Source: Candidatus Thorarchaeota archaeon (lineage in GTDB: Archaea > Asgardarchaeota > Thorarchaeia > Thorarchaeales > Thorarchaeaceae). From it: a DNA stretch of 35,630 nt. Within the stretch, counting starts at the first letter, position 1; each line of letters starts with the position of its first letter. Under the pieces are notes generated by a model. The model ran no database searches, had not been told where the DNA came from, and was given only the letters and a program-made list of their open reading frames with translations. This document shows, piece by piece, positions 1 through 8,503 of this stretch. The position numbers and the translations under genes were made by a program. Location: contig JAEOUG010000021.1 in the NCBI GenBank assembly GCA_016839445.1, positions 1 to 35,630 on the forward strand. The letters are read 5' to 3'.

Positions 1-2
1 TA

Positions 3-2213
3 TTTCTATCAAGTATAGCACTGATACCTTCTGTCTTCATGGCTGACACCATGGATGAACAGGCGGACATTTCCCTGGAATCCCTCGCTGTTCTCTCGCA
101 GACCACCACGACAGGCGTGCGTGTTGCAATCTACAACGAGGCCAACACGACTGCCCCTGTCTTCTCTGCTGCAGTGGACCTGACGAACTACGTCACCGAG
201 ATTAGGACATTGCTGCAAGGCGCAGGACACGACGTCACGCTACTGACTACATCAGACATACTCAATCACGAGCTGATTACTGCCGATTTCGATGTCTTTG
301 TGCTCGTCAACAACCTGCCTCGAGAAAGCATCACCAAGCTTGTGCGTGAGTTCTGGATGGGCGGTGGAGGACTCCTGACCTTCAACGGTGCCATGAGCTA
401 TCTCTGGTATGAGAGCATCATCTGGCCTGGAGTGTCAGCTGATCCTCGTGGGCTTGCTTGGGACTATGTCCAATGCGATGTTCAGAGGGTGAGTGTGAGA
501 CATCCCACGATGCTGGAGTATGATGTAAACGATACGGTTTCCGAAAGGGCCGCTGAGTGGGCTACCACAGTGGACACGTTCATGACAGCTTCTCCAGTTG
601 GCTACTACATTACTCCGCTTCTCCTCAACACCACCTCGCCGATGTACATATCTGGCTTGGCCATGGACCTAAATCATAAGGAAGGCGGCAGGCTTGTTCA
701 TCTGCCTGGAGATGGGAATAACATTCCTGAGGACTTCGAGAGCATCATTGTTGACTCTGTTGAATGGCTGAAGCCTCGAGTCAAGGGCAGAATCGCGTTC
801 GACATGTCACACATGCCCAGACTCGGAATCGACCCTTGGGATGTTGAGTTGGTGACCATCTATGTGGCCGGCAACAACTTCTACGAGTTCAGGAATCTTG
901 CAGTGAATCACTCATACACCTTTGACAAGCTCTATCCCTCTGCATCAGGCAACCTGACCGCAGAGCGGCTGGCCAAGTACGATGTTCTTGTCATGGCTTG
1001 GCCCGACCTAGAGCCGCGCAACTCTGAGTACGCAGCAGTTGAAGCCTGGGTCGAGGCTGGAGGTTCTCTTCTTGTGCTCGGGGACAGAACTGGGCTGGGA
1101 GGGGACGGATACATCTGGATCAATACGCTCCTTCAGGACTTCGACATGAGTCTGGGGACGACAGATGTTCTGGACTACTCGACCTGCGTTCCTGCGACCC
1201 ATGTGATGCTGGAGGGCTGCTCGGCACTCAATGTAGGATTTCGCAACTATCTGAGTGTTCTTGGTGACGCTGAAGAGCTCTGGCTCGATCTTGGCAACCC
1301 TGTTGTTGCATGCCAGGAGTACGGGCGTGGCAGAGCAGTTCTCTCGGGCGACATGAACATCTTCGACAGCCTTCAGCTTCCAATGTCGTCAAACCAATGG
1401 TTCGCACTCAACGTCCTCAACTGGCTCACAGCAGCTGACGCAGAGATCCTGTTGTTCTCCCATCTTGGAAATGGCTACTATGAGGACTGCACTGTGGCAC
1501 TGAATGATCTCAATCTCCCATACATGTTGGTTTGGCATGCACTCTATCTGGTGCCCAACATGGACGCAAAGAACTACAGTCTTGTGATCGTTGATGAGCC
1601 AAACTCCCCAATGTCGACAGCCAATCTAGACGCTCTCTACTCACATGTGGATAACGGAGGGAAGCTGTTGATGTCGTACTATGACATGGACTCTGCACCG
1701 ACGCATCCGCTGTGGTCACTTCTTGGCGTGGAGTACTCAGCGACGGTCCACCTAGACCCCAGCATGTACGTCTGGAGGCATAGTCATCCAGTCTTCAACA
1801 GGCCTCATGATCACAGTGACATGGAGTACAAGGCGGCCCCAGTAACTGCGGACGACGGTGATGAGGTGACAGTCCTCCCGGGTGCGACAGCACTGGCAGG
1901 AGCAACTGCCACAGAGCAGGATGACAAGGCCTTCATGACTCTCAACAACGGTGGAAGAACCATCTTCGCAAGCTACCTCATCTACCAGTGTAGAGGTGAC
2001 GAAGACAACTCCGCCTACCGCGACTCAGTTGAGCTGTGGCAGAATCTCGTGACCTATATGGCGATACCCTCTGGTGGCTTCATACTGGACACAACAACAC
2101 TGCTCATCATTGGAGTCGGCGCGATTGGTGTCGTGGCAGTGGTCGGCATTGCGGCTCGTCGAAGAGGAGGAGCTGCTGCACCTCCACCGAAAAAGAAGAA
2201 GACCAAGAAGTAG
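3..2213 (+). CDS. Membrane-anchored surface protein with three tandem class-I GATase-like (DUF4350/GldG/GIFT-type) domains; 5'-partial
   Basis: The frame is open upstream of ATG 39 to the window edge (FLSSIALIPSVF, hydrophobic, signal-peptide-like). Three repeats of a 'DV(F/L)V...GG.LL' core (FDVFVLVNN..GGGGLL; YDVLVMAWP..VEAGGSLLVLGD; YSLVIVDEP..NGGKLLMS), plus GRAVLSGDMNIF..NVLNWL. C-terminal TM helix followed by RRR..PPPKKKKTKK. Confidence 0.75.
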   Translation, partial: FLSSIALIPSVFMADTMDEQADISLESLAVLSQTTTTGVRVAIYNEANTTAPVFSAAVDLTNYVTEIRTLLQGAGHDVTLLTTSDILNHELITADFDVFVLVNNLPRESITKLVREFWMGGGGLLTFNGAMSYLWYESIIWPGVSADPRGLAWDYVQCDVQRVSVRHPTMLEYDVNDTVSERAAEWATTVDTFMTASPVGYYITPLLLNTTSPMYISGLAMDLNHKEGGRLVHLPGDGNNIPEDFESIIVDSVEWLKPRVKGRIAFDMSHMPRLGIDPWDVELVTIYVAGNNFYEFRNLAVNHSYTFDKLYPSASGNLTAERLAKYDVLVMAWPDLEPRNSEYAAVEAWVEAGGSLLVLGDRTGLGGDGYIWINTLLQDFDMSLGTTDVLDYSTCVPATHVMLEGCSALNVGFRNYLSVLGDAEELWLDLGNPVVACQEYGRGRAVLSGDMNIFDSLQLPMSSNQWFALNVLNWLTAADAEILLFSHLGNGYYEDCTVALNDLNLPYMLVWHALYLVPNMDAKNYSLVIVDEPNSPMSTANLDALYSHVDNGGKLLMSYYDMDSAPTHPLWSLLGVEYSATVHLDPSMYVWRHSHPVFNRPHDHSDMEYKAAPVTADDGDEVTVLPGATALAGATATEQDDKAFMTLNNGGRTIFASYLIYQCRGDEDNSAYRDSVELWQNLVTYMAIPSGGFILDTTTLLIIGVGAIGVVAVVGIAARRRGGAAAPPPKKKKTKK

Positions 2214-2223
2214 TACTACCTGT

Positions 2224-2269
2224 AAGGAAGCCTCGGCCCGGAGGCTTCCTTCCCAACTTTCTTTTCTTC
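2224..2269 (+). terminator. Hairpin + pyrimidine-tract terminator
   Basis: Perfect 11-bp stem aaggaagcctc/gaggcttcctt with 6-nt loop, starting 11 nt after the stop, followed by tcttttcttc. Confidence 0.7.
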
Positions 2270-2364
2270 GCTTGCCGAAAATGAGGCCGTTGCGCCAAAC
2301 TTGAGTCTCTTTTATTCTATGTTGGATATCATTCCCACGGAGATAGCTAGCGAGGGTTGATGAT

Positions 2365-3720
2365 ATGCAACTTACCGCGAAACGAAAGATCACACTAGTG
2401 TACCTGATTGCATTCATGCTGGTAGCGATGGTCATTCCGCCGCTCACTTCATCAGAGAGTTCAATTCTCCTTCGAGAGGGCGCAAATCCGGCCTACACGC
2501 CGCATGAGGCAATCCTGATTGATGGAAACGCAGAGCTGGTTGCGCAAGCAACAGCCGAGTTATGGCCTGGAAACGGGACAGCAGCTGCGCCGTATCTCAT
2601 TTCGGGATACTACTTCTACGACATCACACATTCGATTGAGATGAACAATGTGGACCTGCACTGGGCCGTCGTCGGCAATGAGATTGATGGACCCGGTGAC
2701 TCTACTGTGTGGTGCGGCATCGAGGCCGACAACTCCTCAAACGGCCAGATATCAGGCAATCTATTCCACAACCGGTTTCGGGGTATCTGGCTCATTGATG
2801 TGTACAATCTCGTAATCACTGGGAACACAATCCAGGACAACCTGTTCAACGGCATTGAGTGCGCGGGGTACATCAACAGCTGCCTGATATCCGAGAATAC
2901 GATTCGTCGCTGCAATGGCCTAGGAGTTCGGAGCGTATCCGCGGTCGATTCAGAGATCTCACTCAACTCAATATCCGATTGCGATGGAATTGGGATTCAG
3001 GTGATAGGTAGCTCGACGAATTGCGAGTTCACGGACAATCTGATTGTGGAATCGACTTCGATTGGCATATCGCTCGGAGTCTCAGTCGGTGTATCAGTAA
3101 TGCATAACAGAATCATCAATGCTTCTGGACCTGGAATGTACATCAGGAATACTGATGACATTGATGTGTACAATAACTCAATACTGAACGGCGGAGACCA
3201 TGGAATGGACCTCAGAGAGTTCAGCAACAGCGTTGTCCGCAACAACAGCATCGTGGGCTGTGATGGCATTGGCATAAGCATCCTCTCAGGTCAGTTCTCG
3301 ACCTTCCAGTCAAACAACGTCAGTTCATCATCTGACTACGGTATGAAGACTGGAGCCAGTGCTGTGAACATGACCGTGACAAGAAACATGTTCTACTCCA
3401 ACGGAGCTTCTGCGCAGGCAGCTGACGACGGAGGCGATAATCTATACCTCTGCAACTACTGGGATGATTGGGTCTCTCCGGATGCTGACAGCAATGGGTT
3501 TGTCGACAGTCCCTACCTTCTTGAAGGAACGTCTGCGAATACGGATCCCTATCCGTTGGCCGACCCGAACATCGTTCCACCAATCCCCACTACGACAACC
3601 GGCTCGGGAAGTTCCACTGGAAATGGAGTCCCACCGGTTCCACTCGAGCTGGTGATAGTCGGAGCGGGAGCCATCATTGTCCTCGTCGTGGGTGTCCTCT
3701 TCATGAAGCGAAGGCCGTAG
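2365..3720 (+). CDS. NosD-like right-handed parallel beta-helix surface protein, C-terminally anchored
   Basis: Signal peptide (KRK + hydrophobic stretch), HEAILIDGN/GNGTAAAPYLI start, many 'N.I.....GI' beta-helix repeats, NYWDDW...DPYPL end motif, Thr/Ser/Gly linker, TM helix + KRR. Confidence 0.85.
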   Translation: MQLTAKRKITLVYLIAFMLVAMVIPPLTSSESSILLREGANPAYTPHEAILIDGNAELVAQATAELWPGNGTAAAPYLISGYYFYDITHSIEMNNVDLHWAVVGNEIDGPGDSTVWCGIEADNSSNGQISGNLFHNRFRGIWLIDVYNLVITGNTIQDNLFNGIECAGYINSCLISENTIRRCNGLGVRSVSAVDSEISLNSISDCDGIGIQVIGSSTNCEFTDNLIVESTSIGISLGVSVGVSVMHNRIINASGPGMYIRNTDDIDVYNNSILNGGDHGMDLREFSNSVVRNNSIVGCDGIGISILSGQFSTFQSNNVSSSSDYGMKTGASAVNMTVTRNMFYSNGASAQAADDGGDNLYLCNYWDDWVSPDADSNGFVDSPYLLEGTSANTDPYPLADPNIVPPIPTTTTGSGSSTGNGVPPVPLELVIVGAGAIIVLVVGVLFMKRRP

Positions 3721-3727
3721 TGATGAC

Positions 3728-3779
3728 AGGGCCGCACTGGAGTCCATTGGCGGCGCCAGTGTGGTCTTCTCTTTTCTTC
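3728..3779 (+). terminator. Hairpin + pyrimidine-tract terminator
   Basis: ggccgcactgg (3730-3740) pairs with ccagtgtggtc (3756-3766) with two G-U pairs, followed by tcttttcttc; lies between convergent genes. Confidence 0.6.
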
Positions 3780-3792
3780 TCAAGTCTGACCG

Positions 3793-4377
3793 TCAGGGGC
3801 GCGCGCGAGCCCTCTTGAATCGTGAGGACAGGCCCGGTTTCTTCTCCCTATCCTCGGCCTTGTTACTGTGAGGGAAGGGTATCTTGGGCACATCCTTACC
3901 AAGGAACCTGCAGAGCTTCTCCCACCCGTCGCCCTGCGTGAGATTCATCACGAGAAGGTCATCAGGCCTGTCTCTGAAGTGCTCCTCTACCTCTCGGTAG
4001 TGCTTCAGGTATCTCTCTCTGTAGACTTCCTCGTGCCCTATCGGGTGGCCGATTCCATAGATCCATTCCCGCATTGGTGTATCCTTTGTCCCGAAGTGAC
4101 GAACAGCGCTCTTCATCCACTCCTCGACTGGTCGTGTTGAGAGAATGAACTTGCTTCCAGGATATCTGTCGTCCAGTTCTCTGTATATGATCGGCCATGG
4201 ATTGTCTTGAAAGGCATCAAACTTGTCTACTAGCGAGAACGCTATATCGAGAACCTCTTCTGCTATTCTAGGATTGCGTGTTTCATTGGGACCAGTGACT
4301 GAGTAGCCCAGATGTCGTAGGGCGTCTCTAAGTGAAGTGGTACCAGTCTTGTGGAATCCGATACAGAAGATCTTCAT
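3793..4377 (-). CDS. PAPS-dependent sulfotransferase family protein (Sulfotransfer_4-like, P-loop fold)
   Basis: 5'-PSB-like motif IGFHKTGTTSL, KFILSTR..EEW..S (3'-PB-like), GWEKLCRFLG..P..PFPH.N. Confidence 0.85.
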   Translation of the reverse strand: MKIFCIGFHKTGTTSLRDALRHLGYSVTGPNETRNPRIAEEVLDIAFSLVDKFDAFQDNPWPIIYRELDDRYPGSKFILSTRPVEEWMKSAVRHFGTKDTPMREWIYGIGHPIGHEEVYRERYLKHYREVEEHFRDRPDDLLVMNLTQGDGWEKLCRFLGKDVPKIPFPHSNKAEDREKKPGLSSRFKRARARP

Positions 4378-4464
4378 AGCAGCTTCGTGCCTCTCGAGAG
4401 TGAACCCGTGTTCTTGCTCACCAAGGTATTGGCCATATGAGGTTTTTGAATCACTTCGGGCTCA

Positions 4465-5388
4465 TCACTTCATGCCAAGTTCCTGGACTTGTGTCACCAA
4501 CCACTGCTTCAATCGGTCACTTCCGGGGAATGACTCTGTCCACGATGAGTCGCGATAGAAGCCCTCGTGACGGAACACCACTGTGTCGTCCATCGCTCGC
4601 GGCTTCGGTGCAGTCCTGTCTTCTCTGTGAAGATGGACCGGATAGTTGTAGGTATGCGGAAGCTCTTGGAGCTCTTCTTGACGAAACATACGGAGGATCA
4701 GCCCGGACAGAAGAGCTTGATGGATGAAGATGTCATATCGTTGATCCAATGCATAGAGTGACTGGAGCCTTGAATCAGAAACAACAGAGGCGAAGAGCAT
4801 CTTCCATTCTCTCAGCAGCCGTCTCTCGGGACGAACTACAATGAAGCCGGCATTGAAGTAGGGTCTTACCCGGATATCTTCAATGTGAGTCCTCATTGGG
4901 AAAACGCGATCGACAGGGGTATCACACAACTCGTACACAAGTGTCCAGAAGGGATCCAGTTCCTCCTCGATTCTGGAACCGATAAGTGCGTGATGCACAG
5001 GTCTGTAGCCTAGCGCGACGTCCGATGGCAAAAGAAATGCGCTCGGTTCTCTGACCACAACGGCATTTGGGCTCAGCCATGCGAGAAGGAGTGAACTGTC
5101 TTCCGCGTGTGACTCTGCAGTAGCGGCAGCGCACGCATGATCTGCAAACCAGTTTCTGAGTTCCTCATCAGGGGAGAAGGGCCGGACCTCGACCTTCAGT
5201 TGCATCGCTTTCTCCATGAACGTGGATGGCAGTTTCTTCTCTCTCTCGGGATAGAGGCACAGAATCGGTTCCTCGGAGAGGTTGCCACCAAAGGCACGAA
5301 TACTCTGCATTAGGAGCAAAGACTCTGCCTGGCTTCGTGCTCCCGGTTGCGCAACGGTGGCAAACACGATCTTCTTTCTCTCAGGCAT
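4465..5388 (-). CDS. Glycosyltransferase family 8-like (GT-A fold) protein, DxD position degenerate
   Basis: LL..SIR.FGG start, PYFNAGFIVVRP, HQALLS and LP..YNYP..H motifs typical of GT8-like proteins; the expected WLDxD reads WLSPN. Confidence 0.55.
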   Translation of the reverse strand: MPERKKIVFATVAQPGARSQAESLLLMQSIRAFGGNLSEEPILCLYPEREKKLPSTFMEKAMQLKVEVRPFSPDEELRNWFADHACAAATAESHAEDSSLLLAWLSPNAVVVREPSAFLLPSDVALGYRPVHHALIGSRIEEELDPFWTLVYELCDTPVDRVFPMRTHIEDIRVRPYFNAGFIVVRPERRLLREWKMLFASVVSDSRLQSLYALDQRYDIFIHQALLSGLILRMFRQEELQELPHTYNYPVHLHREDRTAPKPRAMDDTVVFRHEGFYRDSSWTESFPGSDRLKQWLVTQVQELGMK

Positions 5389-5506
5389 GAACTCCCTGCT
5401 GGCTTCTGCAGTTACTTAAGTCAGTGCTTGACGCAAGAATGGCCTAGTCTTGCAGCTATTGCTAAGAAAGCTCGGCTTTTATCCTATCAGGACATCTCGA
5501 CGGGTC

Positions 5507-6697
5507 ATGAGGTTGCGCGCGTTAGGGGTGCTTGTCATTGTCTTTCTCTTCACAACAAGCCAATTAGGCCAAGCTCAGGGTTCAATCGCAGCTGAGCTCG
5601 ACTACTTCCCAACTGACGAATGGGAAACAGCGGAGCCAGAGGCCCACGACATGAGTTCGGCTGTGCTTGAAGAGATGATTCAACACATCAATGAGTCAGG
5701 CGTCAGTTTCCATGGACTTGTCGTCGTGAGAGATGGCTACATCATGGCAGAGCAGTACTGGAGCTACTATTCCCAGGATATCAGCCATCACCTCTATTCG
5801 GTCACAAAGAGCGTCACCTCGACCCTCATCGGCATAGCGATTAGGGAGGGCTTCATCGGCAGCGTCACCGACCCGGTTCTAGATTACTTCCCGGAGTTGG
5901 AGATTGAGAATCTGGACAGCAGGAAGGAGTCAATGACAATATACCATCTGTTGACGATGACTCCCGGAGTCGACTGGAATGAACACAATTGCTCATACAG
6001 CGACCCCAACAATATGTACAACGTGATGTTTGGGAGTACTAACCCTGTTCAGTACTTCCTAGACCTGCCCATGGTGCATGATCCAGGCGAGCACTGGGTC
6101 TACTCGACAGGCGCCTCCCATATCCTCTCCGCCATTATAGTTCAGGCGACCGGGATGTCTACTAGGAACTTCGCATTGCAGTACTTGTTCAATCCAATGA
6201 ATGCCACCTGTGGTGCCTGGAACACGGATCTCCAGGGTGTGCATATTGGAGGCACACAGCTGTGGGTGCCGCCTCGTACGATGGCCAAACTTGGCCTGTT
6301 GATGTTGAACAATGGGACCTGGGACGGTCAGGAGATAGTCACCGAGGAGTACGCTGACCACGCAACGCGTCCGCTTGTTTCTGGAGCCTATGAATTCAGC
6401 TACGGATACCAGTGGTGGATCGATACAACTAATGACCTGTTCCTTGGTCTTGGCAGTAACGGGCAGTACATCATCGTTTCAAGGGAGTACAACTTGGTAG
6501 TAGCCATTACGGCGAACTCCGATGATGCATCCCCCTGGGAGATTGTCGCACCGTATCTTCAGCGGGCACTGCTGGACTACCACGGAACCATCGGGCAGAT
6601 ACCGATCGAGATTGTGCTCTTTGGAATCTCAATGTCTGTGCTGTGCTTGGTCATCGTTGCAGGTCTCGTACAGAGAAGAAGAGGCAAGTCAGTCTAA
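5507..6697 (+). CDS. Secreted, C-terminally anchored serine hydrolase (beta-lactamase class C/NylB-like)
   Basis: SxxK (YSVTKS), TIYHLLTM, PGEHWVYS, YGYQWW, G.NGQYI. Start ATG 5507 preferred (MRLRALGVLVIV signal peptide; ttttat about 25-30 nt upstream). C-terminal TM + RRR. Confidence 0.85.
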   Translation: MRLRALGVLVIVFLFTTSQLGQAQGSIAAELDYFPTDEWETAEPEAHDMSSAVLEEMIQHINESGVSFHGLVVVRDGYIMAEQYWSYYSQDISHHLYSVTKSVTSTLIGIAIREGFIGSVTDPVLDYFPELEIENLDSRKESMTIYHLLTMTPGVDWNEHNCSYSDPNNMYNVMFGSTNPVQYFLDLPMVHDPGEHWVYSTGASHILSAIIVQATGMSTRNFALQYLFNPMNATCGAWNTDLQGVHIGGTQLWVPPRTMAKLGLLMLNNGTWDGQEIVTEEYADHATRPLVSGAYEFSYGYQWWIDTTNDLFLGLGSNGQYIIVSREYNLVVAITANSDDASPWEIVAPYLQRALLDYHGTIGQIPIEIVLFGISMSVLCLVIVAGLVQRRRGKSV

Positions 6698-8494
6698 GCC
6701 GTGTCTTGCTCTAAAACGTTTGATGGCTTCTGGTCCGTGCCTACCCACAGCCTTGTCGATATCGTCCTTTCGCAGTCGAATCATTGAGGGACGGCCATGA
6801 CAGCAGTTGTACTTCCTGGTGGTAGCTGCCAGTTGAGTAATCAGATCTCTCATTTCTTCCATGCCGAGTGATTGACCTGCCCGGATCGCGGAGTGACACG
6901 CCGTGAGCTTCACGAGTTCATCCATGAAGATTTCACGAGCGGTTTCATGACCTACTTCGGCTGCTCGTCCCAAGAATGATAGCAGCTCTGTCTCATCCGC
7001 GCGCCGTCCGAACACCTCGGGGAGCGTGGATATGGCTACCTCATTTCCCCCAAATGGCTCAACGGTGTAACCGACTTCTTCCAGAACGCCCGCAATCTCT
7101 GACAGGAATTCGATTTCGTTTGTGGAAAGGCTGAGAATGATGGGCTCCAGAAGCTCCTGTACGTGAAGCGTCTGTTGGTCAATGTCTTGCCTCAATCGTT
7201 CGTAGAGCACTCTCTCGTGTGCGGCATGCTGGTCGACGATTAGTAGTCCTTCCTCTGACTCGAGAAGGATGTAGAGGTTGCTCAGCTGGCCAATGACTCT
7301 GTACACTCCCTTCAGAAACTCGACTTCTACACCCTGGTCTTCAACCACAGAAGGCTCTAGCAGTGACTGCTCGTATAGCTGGACTGCATCGGCTTCTGTT
7401 TCTTCCGAGTCTACGACTTCTTCAAGAGCGGGCTTGACTGTCACTTGAGACGCTTGATTAGTCGGTCCGAAGTGCTCCTCTAGGCTAGTGGACTCAGAGG
7501 TCTCTGGCTTCACAAACAGAGCTCCCCTCACCGCTTCCTTTAGGGTCTCGACAACTTCGTCTAACTGAAGTATCCTGACTTCCCTCTTTGTTGGATGCAC
7601 GTTCGCATCAACATCAGCCAGATCTACTACAATGTCGAGCGCGAAGACTGGATATTGCCCTTTCATGAGAAGTGTACGATAGACTGACTCTACAGCCTCG
7701 CTCAGCTGTGAGTCGACAATGGGTCTCTTGAGGACAGAGAAGTACTCCCTACTTCTGTTGCCCCGAGCAACTGGCGGGCGAACTACGAATCCCTTCACTC
7801 CGATGTTGCTTTTCGAGTGGTTGACTTGGACCAGTGCCCCCGCTATATCATGTCCCCACAGAGATGCTATTCTAGCAACAGGGTCTTGATTGGGAGGACA
7901 ATCGATTACGGTTTCATTGTCTCTGATCAGTCTGAAACCAATCTCAGGCCTCACAACTGCGTGCTTCATCACGGTTTCATGGATTCTGGAGTTCTCTACT
8001 CTTATGCTGCTGAGATGCTTTCTCCTAACAGGAACTCTCTCGAAAAGGTTGTACACCTCAACTCTTGTTCCTCCAGGTCGTCCTCCCTCCGCAATGACCA
8101 GACTCTGACTCTCCCTCGAGTGTATTGTCGTGCCAACCTCTTCCTCTGCGGCCTTTGTGTCAATCTTCATCTCTGCAACTGATGCAATGCTTGCCAGAGC
8201 CTCTCCTCTGAACCCGTAAGTCGTGATGGCGTCGATGTCCTCCCGGGATGAGATCTTACTTGTCGAGTATCTCTGAAGGCAGACCTCGCAGTCCTCTCTC
8301 AGAATCCCTGATCCGTTGTCGGATACGGAGATGTAGTCGATACCGCCTGCTCTCACCTCAATCTCGATTCTGTCGGCGCCGGCATCCAGGGAGTTCTCTA
8401 TCAGTTCTTTCACAATTGAAGAAGGATTCTCGATGACCTCTCCGGCCGATATCAGAGCCACCAGACTCTCTGGCAGGGCTCTCACTCTGCCCAA
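6689..8494 (-). CDS. mutL: DNA mismatch repair endonuclease MutL
   Basis: AGEVIENP..VKELIENSLDAGA, DNGSGI, GFRGEAL, D.NVHPTKREV, endonuclease motif DQHAAHERVLYE, ACH, CHGRP. TTG start behind a GAGGTGA SD. Confidence 0.97.
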   Translation of the reverse strand: MGRVRALPESLVALISAGEVIENPSSIVKELIENSLDAGADRIEIEVRAGGIDYISVSDNGSGILREDCEVCLQRYSTSKISSREDIDAITTYGFRGEALASIASVAEMKIDTKAAEEEVGTTIHSRESQSLVIAEGGRPGGTRVEVYNLFERVPVRRKHLSSIRVENSRIHETVMKHAVVRPEIGFRLIRDNETVIDCPPNQDPVARIASLWGHDIAGALVQVNHSKSNIGVKGFVVRPPVARGNRSREYFSVLKRPIVDSQLSEAVESVYRTLLMKGQYPVFALDIVVDLADVDANVHPTKREVRILQLDEVVETLKEAVRGALFVKPETSESTSLEEHFGPTNQASQVTVKPALEEVVDSEETEADAVQLYEQSLLEPSVVEDQGVEVEFLKGVYRVIGQLSNLYILLESEEGLLIVDQHAAHERVLYERLRQDIDQQTLHVQELLEPIILSLSTNEIEFLSEIAGVLEEVGYTVEPFGGNEVAISTLPEVFGRRADETELLSFLGRAAEVGHETAREIFMDELVKLTACHSAIRAGQSLGMEEMRDLITQLAATTRKYNCCHGRPSMIRLRKDDIDKAVGRHGPEAIKRFRARHGLD

Positions 8495-8503
8495 GAGATC
8501 ACC

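Noticed and set aside
2365-3720. Nitrous-oxide reductase accessory (nosD) function
   Set aside because: No nos genes nearby; the beta-helix is a generic archaeal surface fold.
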